Source: Bacteroidales bacterium
GTDB lineage: Bacteria > Bacteroidota > Bacteroidia > Bacteroidales > UBA4181
Assembly: GCA_031271175.1 (NCBI GenBank)
Contig: JAISWE010000099.1
Span: 30,639 to 94,638, forward strand
Length of the DNA stretch: 64,000 nucleotides
Direction of reading: 5' to 3'
The notes under the pieces are model-generated. The model was not told the origin of the DNA. It made no database searches and saw only the letters and a program-made list of their open reading frames with translations. This document shows, in pieces, positions 1 through 9,573 of the stretch. How positions within the stretch are numbered: the stretch's first letter is position 1; each line of letters begins with the position of its first letter. A program made the position numbers and the translations under genes.

Positions 1-1
1 A

Positions 2-352
2 CTGTCGATATTGTTTGTCTTGACGTTTTTTTCACCCGTTTGTGGAAAAACTGCGGAAGCAGGCATGGCGCAAGTTACTGATTCCATCATTGCCCCTAAC
101 GTCTTTACCCCCAACGACGATGAATGGAATCCTTTTTTTGAAGTGACTTCAAGTGCAGGTAAGCCGGTGGCGTTGAAGATATTTACTCGCGCAGGCGTAT
201 TGGTTTTCAGTATCAGGGCAAAAATTTGCCGGTGGGACGGTTGTTCTCAGACAGGAGAGAAAATGGCCGAAGGAGTTTATTTCTATACTGCCGAAGTACC
301 GGGATCATCTCCCAGGGTAAGTAAAAACGGATTCGTCTATTTATTCAGGTAA
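2..352 (+). CDS. 3' end of a T9SS type B (CHU_C / gliding-motility-associated) C-terminal sorting domain protein; the 5' end lies upstream of the window
   Basis: The frame is open from the window edge. The C-terminus IAPNVFTPNDDEWNPFFEV...GVYFYTAEV...NGFVYLFR fits the type B CTD pattern (FTPNxDxxND ... GxYxY ... GxVxLxR). Confidence 0.8.
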   Translation: MSILFVLTFFSPVCGKTAEAGMAQVTDSIIAPNVFTPNDDEWNPFFEVTSSAGKPVALKIFTRAGVLVFSIRAKICRWDGCSQTGEKMAEGVYFYTAEVPGSSPRVSKNGFVYLFR

Positions 353-355
353 TTT

Positions 356-1126
356 ATGCTGCATCAACAATATACGGAATATCTAACCAAAGAACTCGGA
401 TTCCTAAGAGCGCTGATAGCGCGGATACATGAACAGGAAACCATTGCAGATGTTGAATTAGACCTTGCACTGACCAAAATGCAGGGAATATATGAACACA
501 TGCTGAAATTAAAGTTGATTCACCATCAATTGGCAAAAGCCGATAAGGGAACGCAGGCGCAGCAGGTTGAAGAGGCCGTACCGGAAGTGACAACACCGCC
601 GCCGACGGAAAATAAAATGCCGGAATACGCCGATGACCCCGAAATACAGCCGGTAATTCCTGCGGTCGACATCCCCCATGAAAAGGCGAAATGCATTCCC
701 GCGCCGGAAGAAAAAAACGTCGAAAATAAAATCGTCGAAAACAAAATCGTCGAAGAAAAAATCGTCGAAAATGTTGCGCCCAGAGGAGAAAACGTCATTC
801 TGGCCGACAAAATTCGCCCTGTCGGCTACAGCCCCATCAACGAAACACTGGCACAGAAAAAAGCAGCAACCGACCTTGCCGGAAAATTACAGGCAACGCC
901 GCTGGACAATATCTCAGCCGGCATCGGCGTAAACGACAAATTTCTCTACATTCGCGAGTTATTTCGAAACGACGGCAACCTTTTCGGAGAAACCGTCAGG
1001 AAAATTGATAAAGCCGGTTCGCTGGAAGAAGCGATGAATCTCACCAGCGCTTTCAACTGGAACCGCGACTTGGAAACCGTACAGAAATTTCTTAGTTTGA
1101 TTCGCCGAAAACACGCGGCTCATTGA
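356..1126 (+). CDS. hypothetical protein with a Pro/Glu-rich centre and an in-frame VENKI repeat
   Basis: 256-aa ORF packed tightly between neighbours. Its stop at 1124-1126 sits 8 nt before the rsmI ATG. No family recognised. Confidence 0.6.
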   Translation: MLHQQYTEYLTKELGFLRALIARIHEQETIADVELDLALTKMQGIYEHMLKLKLIHHQLAKADKGTQAQQVEEAVPEVTTPPPTENKMPEYADDPEIQPVIPAVDIPHEKAKCIPAPEEKNVENKIVENKIVEEKIVENVAPRGENVILADKIRPVGYSPINETLAQKKAATDLAGKLQATPLDNISAGIGVNDKFLYIRELFRNDGNLFGETVRKIDKAGSLEEAMNLTSAFNWNRDLETVQKFLSLIRRKHAAH

Positions 1127-1134
1127 CACCATAC

Positions 1135-1812
1135 ATGGGCAAGCTCTATCTCGTTCCGACGCCTGTCGGCAATCTGGGCGATATGACGTTCCGCGCCATA
1201 GAAGTACTGAAACAGGTGGACGGTATTCTGGCCGAAGACACCCGAACCAGCGGTCATCTGCTGAAACACTTCGGAATAAGCAAACCTTTGCAGGCATACC
1301 ACAAATTCAACGAACACCATTTGCTGCAACAGATGATCAACCGGCTGCTGTCGGGGCAAACGCTGGCAATGATTTCGGACGCAGGCACTCCCGGCATTTC
1401 CGACGCAGGTTTCCTGATCGTGCGCGAATGTGTGGCAAAAGACATTGCGGTGGAATGTCTGCCGGGCGCTACCGCTCTGATTCCCGCCATAGTAACTTCC
1501 GGCTTTCCCTGTGACCGTTTCTGTTTCGAAGGATTTCTCCCCGCCCGAAAGGGACGGCAAAAACGATGGAAGGAACTGGCTTCGGAAACACGCACCGTCG
1601 TTATTTACGAATCGCCGCACAAACTGTTGAAAACACTGATGGAACTCAAAACCTACTTCGGAGAAGATCGCAAAATGGCCGTTTCGAGAGAACTAACCAA
1701 ACTGCACGAGGAAACGGTGCGAGCCACCGTGGCGGAACAAATCGAGATATGGAGCGGACGACAGTCCGTTAAAGGCGAAATAGTCCTGTCCATCGAAGGA
1801 ATATCCGCATAA
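1135..1812 (+). CDS. rsmI: 16S rRNA (cytidine1402-2'-O)-methyltransferase RsmI
   Basis: N-terminus GKLYLVPTPVGNLGDMTFRAIEVLKQVDGILAEDTRTSGHLLKHFGI, then ISDAGTPGISDAGF and VIYESPHKL, all typical of RsmI (tetrapyrrole-methylase fold). I chose the ATG at 1135 over the TTG at 1123. Confidence 0.9.
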   Translation: MGKLYLVPTPVGNLGDMTFRAIEVLKQVDGILAEDTRTSGHLLKHFGISKPLQAYHKFNEHHLLQQMINRLLSGQTLAMISDAGTPGISDAGFLIVRECVAKDIAVECLPGATALIPAIVTSGFPCDRFCFEGFLPARKGRQKRWKELASETRTVVIYESPHKLLKTLMELKTYFGEDRKMAVSRELTKLHEETVRATVAEQIEIWSGRQSVKGEIVLSIEGISA

Positions 1813-1881
1813 TCCGTTAAACAAGAACGAACATTTTTCTTTTTTTTAACACGATTATTTGTTTTTTCTTTAAAAAAATCT

Positions 1882-1889
1882 TATATTTG
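1882..1889 (+). promoter_or_regulatory. candidate Bacteroidota sigma-A -7 box (TAnnTTTG)
   Basis: TATATTTG lies 23 nt upstream of the start of the 1912 gene, in an AT-rich gap. This is a motif match only. Confidence 0.3.
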
Positions 1890-1911
1890 TCCCAAATTTT
1901 ATTTTCTATCA

Positions 1912-4608
1912 TTGCGAAAAGTATTTACATATTACGTTGTATTTTTCTTATTTTGTTTGAATGAAGTTGCCATAGCCCAAACGCCAATACAGGGAGTGGT
2001 AAACAGTTATACACGGGTGTCCGTCATCTCCGGTGCGAAGGTAACGGTGACGGACGCTTCGGCTTTCAGTAAGCGGGATACCGTCCTTCTCATTCAGATG
2101 ACGGGTGTAACGTCCGACGGTAACGAGGTCTATATGGCGGGGAAATATGAGTTTCATATCATATCTTCCATTACCGGCAACAATATCACACTGGTCATTC
2201 CGCCGCAATTTGATCCGGCGAGCGAGTTGGTTCAGCTGATTCGCGTACCGACCTACAAAAATGCCGAGGTAACCAACATGCTGACCTGTCAGCCGTGGAA
2301 TTACAGTGTCGGAACGGGAGGCGTGGCTGCCATCATTGTCGATCAGACCTTAACTTTGAACGCGGATATTGATGTTTCCGCCAAAGGTTTTGCCGGAGGG
2401 CAGGCGACATCCGACCCGGTAACGGTGAACTGCCCTATTATCTTACCCCCACCCGACGACGATTATCCCGCCACTTTCCTGAATGCAGGCAACAAAGGCG
2501 AAGGCAACGTTCAAAAAGCGCACATGACATCCAACCCGAAAGGGAAAGGAGCAGCATGGAGCGGCGGCGGCGGTGGTAACGGTTTTTTTGCGGGTGGAAG
2601 CGGCGGCGCTAACGGCGGCGATGGCGGCAACGGCGGTAATTCCGTCTGCGGCAATTCCCCTTTGGTAGCGGATAAGGGAGGATCGCGGGCCTGGCATGAA
2701 TATCCGGAATGGCTCAACCGTATTTTTATGGGCGGCGGCGGCGGCACCGGCAATGGCGCGGCTACCAACGGCGGCGCAGGCGGCGGTATTGCCTTTGTGG
2801 TGGCAAAAAATCTGGTATTCAATAATACCGCCGCCATAAAAGCCAACGGCGAAAGCGTATCCGGATCGCCTGATGCGGGCGGCGCGGGCGGCGGCGGCGC
2901 AGGAGGCAGCATCATGATCGTGACGGATCATTTCAACCGCCTTACCGTAGAAGCGAAAGGCGGAAATGGCGGAAATACCTCCGAAACAGGCGCCTACAGC
3001 GTTGTCGGAGTAGGCGGCGGCGGCGGCGGCGGAATGTTGTACACAAACCTGGATTTGTCCACAGTCACCAACAATGATAATGTCAGCATCATAGTGGACA
3101 AGGGCGATATGGGCATTGTTCTACCCTACGCCGTATCTACATCGGCCTCGCCGGGTACGCCGGGAACAATACTGCCCCAACAGACTTTGCAGCAACGGGG
3201 ATTCCTGTTCAACTTCCTCACTGTGGGCGACACTGTCCTCTGCCATAAAGACCGCAAATACCTGAAAGCCTCTATGCCGCAAGGCGGAAAAAACGACCAA
3301 TATCAGTACGGATGGCAAAGCCGGAAGGGCGCCAACGGCATTTGGGAATCAACGGCAACGGCAAGCAACACGCAGCACTTTCTTACCGATCCGTTTTTGA
3401 CCGCCGATACAGTCTTTTTCCGGCGCATCGTCACCACTACGCAACTGATCAACTCCGTCGAAACGCTGGTGAGCGACACCAGTCTTGCCGTAAAGGTGGT
3501 TGTACTTCCGTCTTTTCTGAACAACGCTATCCTCACCAAAGACACCATTCTGTGCGGAGATGTGGCCGAATTAGACCTCCATGCGGCGCCCGTATCGGGA
3601 GGATTTGGCGTGCCGGTTTACAGGTGGGAAAGAAAGGGGGAAGAAAACGCATGGTCGGATGCCCAAAACGACCAGATGGAAATAACCGCACCCCTGCAAA
3701 CCGGAAACAATTACTACCGCAGAATAGTGATGACGCCCGTTTCAGCGCCCGCCGCCTGTTCGGACACAAGCGCTTCCGTCTCACTGAGACTGCTGTCGCA
3801 AATATCAAACAATGAACTGAATCCTCCGCAATATCTCTGTGAAACAGACCCTCCGGCATGGTTGAAAAGCGCACCGCTTGCGGGAGGAGACGGAGACTAT
3901 GCCTATTTTTGGGAAACCAGCGCCGACAATACCAACTGGACTTCCCTGCCCTTCACTACGGATTCCTGCCGGCCGGCGCCTGCCGAAAGCAGGTATTACC
4001 GCCGTACCGCCATTTCCGGAAAATGGGGCTGTTGCCGGCATACCAGCCCCGCCGCCGAGGTGCGCTTCGACAAAAGCCCTTCCGATGCAGAGATCTTGTA
4101 CGACAGAGATACGCTGAACTTCCTGTTCAAAATCGACCTGCAGGCGCTGAATATCACTGTCGGAAAAGGTGAATGGACGGCAGTGGACGGCGATATGAGT
4201 TTCTCTTCGCCCAATCGTCGCCGAACTGAGGTCAGCGGTCTGAAACTGGGCGCTAACACCATACGGTGGACGGTTTCCAACGGTGTGTGTCCGACAAAAA
4301 CAGCGGAAACAACCATCTTTGTCAAAGATATCACCATACCCAACGGGTTCAGCCCCAACAACGACAGTTACAACGACTGTTTCGGCATATTGGGTATCGA
4401 AAATGCCGAAAAATTCGAACTGATCATTATCAATCGCGCCAATAAATCGGTTTTTCGCACATCGGGCATCACCGGCAACTATCCTTACCCCTGCTTGTGG
4501 GAAGGCAAAGACGACGCAGGAAACGAACTGCCGGCAGGGACTTATTATTTCCGGCTGAAAATGAACGATAACCAAATCCGCAAAGGCTATGTCATTCTCA
4601 GGAAATAA
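1912..4608 (+). CDS. glycine-rich T9SS type B sorting-domain (gliding-motility-associated C-terminal domain) cargo protein
   Basis: TTG start with signal peptide MRKVFTYYVVFFLFCLNEVAIAQ. Gly-rich block GGGGGNGFFAGGSGGANGGDGGNGGN...GGAGGGGAGGS...GVGGGGGGG. Three ~100-aa repeats end in FFRR/YYRR/YYRR. The C-terminus IPNGFSPNNDSYNDCF...GTYYFRL...GYVILRK is a type B CTD. Confidence 0.85.
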   Translation: MRKVFTYYVVFFLFCLNEVAIAQTPIQGVVNSYTRVSVISGAKVTVTDASAFSKRDTVLLIQMTGVTSDGNEVYMAGKYEFHIISSITGNNITLVIPPQFDPASELVQLIRVPTYKNAEVTNMLTCQPWNYSVGTGGVAAIIVDQTLTLNADIDVSAKGFAGGQATSDPVTVNCPIILPPPDDDYPATFLNAGNKGEGNVQKAHMTSNPKGKGAAWSGGGGGNGFFAGGSGGANGGDGGNGGNSVCGNSPLVADKGGSRAWHEYPEWLNRIFMGGGGGTGNGAATNGGAGGGIAFVVAKNLVFNNTAAIKANGESVSGSPDAGGAGGGGAGGSIMIVTDHFNRLTVEAKGGNGGNTSETGAYSVVGVGGGGGGGMLYTNLDLSTVTNNDNVSIIVDKGDMGIVLPYAVSTSASPGTPGTILPQQTLQQRGFLFNFLTVGDTVLCHKDRKYLKASMPQGGKNDQYQYGWQSRKGANGIWESTATASNTQHFLTDPFLTADTVFFRRIVTTTQLINSVETLVSDTSLAVKVVVLPSFLNNAILTKDTILCGDVAELDLHAAPVSGGFGVPVYRWERKGEENAWSDAQNDQMEITAPLQTGNNYYRRIVMTPVSAPAACSDTSASVSLRLLSQISNNELNPPQYLCETDPPAWLKSAPLAGGDGDYAYFWETSADNTNWTSLPFTTDSCRPAPAESRYYRRTAISGKWGCCRHTSPAAEVRFDKSPSDAEILYDRDTLNFLFKIDLQALNITVGKGEWTAVDGDMSFSSPNRRRTEVSGLKLGANTIRWTVSNGVCPTKTAETTIFVKDITIPNGFSPNNDSYNDCFGILGIENAEKFELIIINRANKSVFRTSGITGNYPYPCLWEGKDDAGNELPAGTYYFRLKMNDNQIRKGYVILRK

Positions 4609-5512
4609 GTTATTATTCATCTGTGGGTTGCTGTTGTCCACATTTTTTTGTAAAGCGCAGCACAACCCGCTATACGACCAGTATCGCTACAACGGACTGG
4701 CGATCAATCCTGCTTTTGCCGGTAGCCGCGAGGTGATGAATGTAGCCGTACTGTACCGTATGCAATGGCTGAAAATGGAAAGCGCACCCGTTACGCAAAC
4801 ACTGGCGGGCGATTTTCCCCTGTACAACCCGCAATTGGCGCTTGGCTTGCTCGTGGTGAACGACAAAACAGGCGTGTACGGCAAAACAGGCATATACGGT
4901 ATCTATGCTTTTCGGATCAAGACCCGTAAAGGCAAGTTTTCACTGGGGCTACAGGGAGGATTCGACCGGATGCGGGAAGATCTTACCGAAATCAAGACAC
5001 TCCAGTCCGGCGATCCGATGTTCGACGCCGGACAGCACCGCCTGTTCATGCCCAATATCGGCATAGGGAGCTATTATTACTCGAAAACCTGCTTTGCCGG
5101 CCTTTCCATCCCGCGGTTACTGCTGTATGTGCCGGTCGGAGCCGACAAATACAAGGGCAAATTGTCGCTGCACGATGTCATGCTGTACGGAGGCGTCAAC
5201 ATTACCGTTCATCCGTCATTCAAGATAAAGCCCTCCACGCTGATTCGCTACAGCCCGCATGACATTATGATAGACGTCAACTGTAACGCCGTTTTCCTTC
5301 CCGGCGAGAGGCTGGAAGCAGGACTGTCGTACAGAAGCACTAAAGTATGGGGCGTAACGGCAGGCATAAGAATCAACCCGCGCATACATATCGGCTACGC
5401 CTACGACCATGCTTTTGGCATCGCCAATATCGCCGGCGGTTCGCATGAGATGCTGCTGCGCTACGAATTTCGTTACCGTATCAATGCCCAAAATCCATTG
5501 TATCTGAAATGA
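4589..5512 (+). CDS. PorP/SprF family type IX secretion system outer-membrane protein
   Basis: QHNPLYDQYRYNGLAINPAFAGSREVMNVAVLYRMQW is the family's N-terminal signature. The C-terminal beta-barrel ends in MLLRYEF. It overlaps the upstream type B cargo gene by 20 nt. Confidence 0.85.
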   Translation: MSFSGNKLLFICGLLLSTFFCKAQHNPLYDQYRYNGLAINPAFAGSREVMNVAVLYRMQWLKMESAPVTQTLAGDFPLYNPQLALGLLVVNDKTGVYGKTGIYGIYAFRIKTRKGKFSLGLQGGFDRMREDLTEIKTLQSGDPMFDAGQHRLFMPNIGIGSYYYSKTCFAGLSIPRLLLYVPVGADKYKGKLSLHDVMLYGGVNITVHPSFKIKPSTLIRYSPHDIMIDVNCNAVFLPGERLEAGLSYRSTKVWGVTAGIRINPRIHIGYAYDHAFGIANIAGGSHEMLLRYEFRYRINAQNPLYLK

Positions 5513-6888
5513 GACACCGCAATATCATCATCTTATCCGTCGTATTACTGATGGCCTCCGGTCTTCTTCGGGCACAGTATGAAGTTGCGCCGGTGCCGTT
5601 CAACACCTCATACGCCGACGAAGTGGTATCCGCGTTGTTTGCCGGGGATCTGATCTATTGCTCCAACCGGAATCAACACCTGCTCCGCAGCCGGACAGAT
5701 CGCAACGAAGAATATCTTTTCCGGCTATACATTGCCCATCAAAAGGGCAGCCACCGGAAACGCCCGCAAATATGGCCGAAGGAGCTGCTGCCCGACGCAC
5801 ATCTGGGGCCTGCCGCTCTCAGCAGCGACGGAAAAACCCTCTATCTCACCGTCAACAATGAAGCCGGCAACGGTATTTTTATCGCAAGGAAAGAAGGCGA
5901 TAGATGGAGCCAGCCGCGTCCCTTCGAACACAACAGCCCGGAATACACAACGGCGCATCCTTCCGTGAGCAAGGACGGTAACCGTCTGTTCTTTGCGTCT
6001 GACATGCCCGGCGGATTCGGCGGATTCGACATCTATTGCTGCGAACATACCGCCACAGGCTGGAGCAAGCCCGTCAACCTCGGTGCAACCATCAACTCGG
6101 CAGCCAACGAACTGTACCCTTTCCTGCAATCGGAACATCAGTTGTTTTTTGCCTCATCCGGACACGAAACCATGGGCGGACTTGATATTTTCTCGGCCAT
6201 AGAATGGAACGGACAATGGCTGTCGAGGCAACACCACAAAGAACCCGTCAATTCCCCGGCAGACGACTTCGCCTACTCCGCCGCCGACCCTACTTCGGGA
6301 TACTTCTCTTCCAACCGAAACGGCAAGTCGGTTGATATTTTCTCTTTCAAGTCGGTCTTCCCCGTTTTTACCGACTGCAACGAACAGGAAGAAAACGACT
6401 ACACCTATTTATTCACCTATAACATCTCCGAAAAGGACACCACCGACAATTTCACTTACAGATGGGATTTTGACGACGGAACTACCGCTACAGGCGACAG
6501 CATCCAGCACAGTTTTCCTGCAACAGGCACGTACTCCGTCAAACTGTATGTCACCGACCTGCTCACCGAAGAAGAAACCATAGAAGCCGAATACGACGTA
6601 AGCGTGGAAGATGTCGAACAGCCCTACATCACCCTTCCGGAAAAAGCCGCTGCCGGCGAAAACCTTACACTCGACGCATCGCACACCTACCTCCCCGAAG
6701 TCAATATCGAAAGCTATTACTGGGAACCGGGCGACGGCACGCAAATACAGCTCAAAGAGCCGGTCGGCGGATACAGCTATACCATCCCCGGCGTTTACCA
6801 AATACGGCTCGGCATCATCGGGACTCAAAAAAATACCGGAGAAAAAGTTAAAAATTGTATCCTCCGCACAATAGAAATTACACCATAA
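5509..6888 (+). CDS. TolB-like PD40 beta-propeller repeat plus 2x PKD domain protein (no OmpA-like C-terminus seen)
   Basis: ATGA start/stop overlap with the porP/sprF homolog. PD40-type repeats (SSDGKTLYLTV, SVSKDGNRLFFASDMPGGFGGFDIY, ELYPFL...LFFASSGHETMGGLDIF). PKD-like FTYRWDFDDGTTATGDSIQHSFPATGTYSVKLYVTD and YYWEPGDGTQ...YTIPGVYQIRL. Confidence 0.75.
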   Translation: MRHRNIIILSVVLLMASGLLRAQYEVAPVPFNTSYADEVVSALFAGDLIYCSNRNQHLLRSRTDRNEEYLFRLYIAHQKGSHRKRPQIWPKELLPDAHLGPAALSSDGKTLYLTVNNEAGNGIFIARKEGDRWSQPRPFEHNSPEYTTAHPSVSKDGNRLFFASDMPGGFGGFDIYCCEHTATGWSKPVNLGATINSAANELYPFLQSEHQLFFASSGHETMGGLDIFSAIEWNGQWLSRQHHKEPVNSPADDFAYSAADPTSGYFSSNRNGKSVDIFSFKSVFPVFTDCNEQEENDYTYLFTYNISEKDTTDNFTYRWDFDDGTTATGDSIQHSFPATGTYSVKLYVTDLLTEEETIEAEYDVSVEDVEQPYITLPEKAAAGENLTLDASHTYLPEVNIESYYWEPGDGTQIQLKEPVGGYSYTIPGVYQIRLGIIGTQKNTGEKVKNCILRTIEITP

Positions 6889-7109
6889 TAAAGCCCGCCC
6901 ATGGGGAGCATCCTTTTCAATTTCTGCTCTACCCTGTCACACCATAATTTATGATACTCACGCGGAACATCCTCCCCTCTTCCGGGATTCGGAATATGAG
7001 TGCGAGGTAATATGATGATTACGAGGAGCATTTAAATTGATCGCTACCGCAAACCGCTCCGTTTCCCGACATTTTCGTGGCAATTCTTCCTAAGTTGAGT
7101 TAAAATAAT

Positions 7110-7117
7110 TATTTTTG
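7110..7117 (+). promoter_or_regulatory. candidate -7 box (TAnnTTTG) upstream of folD
   Basis: TATTTTTG lies 20 nt upstream of the folD ATG. Motif match only. Confidence 0.3.
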
Positions 7118-7136
7118 CAGTTTAAAAACACGACAA

Positions 7137-8018
7137 ATGCAAATCATAGACGGTAAAAAGATTGCGGAAGAGATCAAGGGAGAGATCAGGGAAGCAGTAG
7201 ATAAGATGTGTGCGAGGAATTTGAAACCGCCTCATCTGGCAGCTGTGTTGGTAGGACATGATGGCGGCAGCGAGACCTATGTCGCCCAAAAGGTCAAATC
7301 GTGCGAACAGGTAGGATTTCGGTCGAGCCTGATCCGCTACGAGGAAGATGTAACGGAAGCAGCGTTGCTGCGCTGTATTGCCCGGCTGAATATCGACACG
7401 GATATTGACGGATTCATCGTTCAGTTGCCGCTGCCGGGACATATCAACGAACGGGCAATCATAGAAGCCATTGCTCCGGCTAAGGATGTGGACGGATTTC
7501 ATCCTGAAAACGCAGGACGCATGGCGATCGGACTTCCCTGCCATGTGTCGGCCACGCCGGCCGGGATCATGGAACTGTTTCGCCGCTGTCGGATCGATAC
7601 ACAAGGGAAACACTGCGTGGTGCTGGGACGGAGCAATATCGTCGGGAAGCCGATCAGCATCCTGATGTCCCAAAAGTCGCAACCCGGCGATGCCACCGTT
7701 ACCCTGTGCCACAGCCGGACAAGGAATCTTGCGGACATCACCCGTCAAGCGGACATCATTATTGCGGCGATGGGACAGCCCGACTTCCTGACCGCCGACA
7801 TGGTGAAAGACGGCGTTGTGGTGATTGACGTGGGAACGACAAGAATTCCCTCTACCGACACCCGGTCTGGATGGAAACTCAAAGGTGATGTGAAATTTGA
7901 CGAGGTAGCGCCCAAATGCAGCTATATTACGCCGGTGCCGGGTGGCGTAGGCCCCATGACCATTGTTTCGCTGCTTCGCAATACCCTTCAGGCCGCCGAG
8001 CAACGAAACCGCCCCTGA
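7137..8018 (+). CDS. folD: bifunctional methylenetetrahydrofolate dehydrogenase (NADP+) / methenyltetrahydrofolate cyclohydrolase
   Basis: [17 protein letters not shown]..., [28 protein letters not shown] and [11 protein letters not shown] are canonical FolD motifs. Confidence 0.93.
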   Translation: MQIIDGKKIAEEIKGEIREAVDKMCARNLKPPHLAAVLVGHDGGSETYVAQKVKSCEQVGFRSSLIRYEEDVTEAALLRCIARLNIDTDIDGFIVQLPLPGHINERAIIEAIAPAKDVDGFHPENAGRMAIGLPCHVSATPAGIMELFRRCRIDTQGKHCVVLGRSNIVGKPISILMSQKSQPGDATVTLCHSRTRNLADITRQADIIIAAMGQPDFLTADMVKDGVVVIDVGTTRIPSTDTRSGWKLKGDVKFDEVAPKCSYITPVPGGVGPMTIVSLLRNTLQAAEQRNRP

Positions 8019-8217
8019 AACCGGAGGCATCCCGCCGGACAGAAAGTTTTTTTCGTTAAATTTGGTTAAATCTTAGCTGTTGTATTGTTTGGCAATATTT
8101 GATTGAGTACTTTTACCCCATCGTAATATATCAGGATGGCAAGATTTAAACATGTGCAAATCGTTGCTATTCCGTTTAGTACATTAAATCTATCCATATT
8201 CTATATTGATTATCGTA

Positions 8218-8904
8218 ATGACAAACGAAAACATAAACAACGCTTTAGCCAAAATCACAAAAGACAGGCTTAGAACCAATCTTTTCAGAAAACAGGAGCA
8301 GCATTTGATCGCTTTTCTTGTGCAGCGTGTTCCTGTCTGGATGACTTCGGATATGCTGACAATCATCGGCCTGTTCGGGAGTTTTGTTACGGCGGCGGGT
8401 TTTGTGATGGCCGGTCATTTTCATCGCAGTTTTTTGCTGTTGGGCATTGCCGGTTTTGCCATCAACTGGTTTGGTGATTCGCTGGACGGACGACTTGCGT
8501 ATTTCCGCAACAAACCGCGCAAATGGTATGGTTTTTCACTGGATTTTACGGTAGATTGGCTGACGAACATACTGATCGGCTACGGGTACATCGTTTACGT
8601 GGGCGGAGAATGGGAATTACTGGGCTTTTGCTTTGTTGTACTGTACGGATGGGCCATGATGACGGCTTTGCTGAGGTACAAGATCACCAACAAGTACACC
8701 ATTGACTCCGGCTTGTTCGGCCCCACCGAAGTAAGGATCATCATCTCGCTTTTTCTGGCGCTTGAAGTCATCTGGAAAGGTTCCATTCTGTATTCCGGCA
8801 TATCTGCCTGCCTCTTCCTGCTGGCGATAGATATCGTCGACTTTCTGAAACTGTTGAAAATCGCCGACCAGCGGGACAAAGACGAAAAAGCCGGTGAAAA
8901 ATGA
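8218..8904 (+). CDS. CDP-alcohol phosphatidyltransferase family membrane protein
   Basis: GDSLDGRLAYFRNKPRKWYGFSLDFTVD fits DG(x)2A(x)8G(x)3D(x)3D. Several hydrophobic helices. I chose the ATG at 8218 over the TTG at 8206. Confidence 0.8.
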   Translation: MTNENINNALAKITKDRLRTNLFRKQEQHLIAFLVQRVPVWMTSDMLTIIGLFGSFVTAAGFVMAGHFHRSFLLLGIAGFAINWFGDSLDGRLAYFRNKPRKWYGFSLDFTVDWLTNILIGYGYIVYVGGEWELLGFCFVVLYGWAMMTALLRYKITNKYTIDSGLFGPTEVRIIISLFLALEVIWKGSILYSGISACLFLLAIDIVDFLKLLKIADQRDKDEKAGEK

Positions 8905-9332
8905 GCCTGCTGGAACGACTGAAGACTTTCGTCAAAGCCCAAACCTCATCATTGATAGGCGGGACATGCGATTACCTGATCATGATCGGACTGACGGAAC
9001 TTTTCGGCCTGCACTATACGCTTTCCATCGTGATAAGCGGCATTGTGGGAGCTGTTGTCAATTTTTCCATCAATAAGACATGGGCTTTTTACCGTCGGGA
9101 AAAGGCCTACCGGTATTCGCTCGTACAGCAGTTGGCGCGATTTATCATTGTGGTGCTCAACAGTATTGCGCTGAAAACCGCCGCTACCTATTTTTTTACG
9201 GAAACCGTGCATATTGACTACAGGATAAGCCGCTTGACGGCAGACCTGCTGGTCTCCCTGCTCTTTAACTACATGCTGCAACGCCACTGGGTATTTAAAA
9301 GCGAGAAAATTAAAAAGGGATACAGGAACTGA
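8901..9332 (+). CDS. GtrA family membrane protein
   Basis: 143 aa with four predicted TM helices. LIGGTCDYLIMIGL...VNFSINKTWAF...HWVF resembles GtrA-like proteins. ATGA overlap with the upstream transferase. Confidence 0.75.
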   Translation: MSLLERLKTFVKAQTSSLIGGTCDYLIMIGLTELFGLHYTLSIVISGIVGAVVNFSINKTWAFYRREKAYRYSLVQQLARFIIVVLNSIALKTAATYFFTETVHIDYRISRLTADLLVSLLFNYMLQRHWVFKSEKIKKGYRN

Positions 9333-9383
9333 CCCGTCATCCTCGCCGGATGCGGTCGGTCATTTATCGGTTGTAAAAATACC
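9329..9383 (+). repeat. 55-bp direct repeat X, copy A (starts at the gtrA stop codon)
   Basis: ctgacccgtcatcctcgccggatgcggtcggtcatttatcggttgtaaaaatacc recurs at 10400-10454 with 2 substitutions. It contains an imperfect dyad (GACCCGTCATCC/GGATGCGGTC). Confidence 0.85.
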
Positions 9384-9474
9384 TTGATGAATCTGATAGC
9401 CCAGCGTGACGGTCTGCCGCCCCCCTCGCCCCCCCGCCCTGAAGGCGTAAACCACCCCGTCCACGATGAATTTT

Positions 9475-9573
9475 TCCTGTTTTTCTCACTTTTTTCTCGT
9501 TGTTTTCAGGTCAGTTTAATAGCAATTAGTTCCAGAAAGTTTTTCGTTTTTTGGTGTCCCATTGAGAAAAACA
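9475..9573 (+). repeat. ~100-bp direct repeat Z, copy A, abutting the tandem array
   Basis: cctgtttttctcacttttttctc...gttgttttcaggtcagtttaatagcaattagttcc...ggtgtcccattgagaaaaacagg recurs at 10100-10212, where it carries an 11-bp internal insertion and a few substitutions. Confidence 0.85.

Noticed and set aside
2443-2931. Ala/Pro-rich antisense ORFs (162 aa and 134 aa) opposite the Gly-rich cargo region
   Set aside because: They are mirror images of GGC/GGN-rich coding sequence (GCC/CCG codons), and the sense strand has a strong family assignment.
7122-8030. 302-aa minus-strand ORF covering folD
   Set aside because: It is a shadow ORF exactly antisense to an unambiguous folD and has no motifs.
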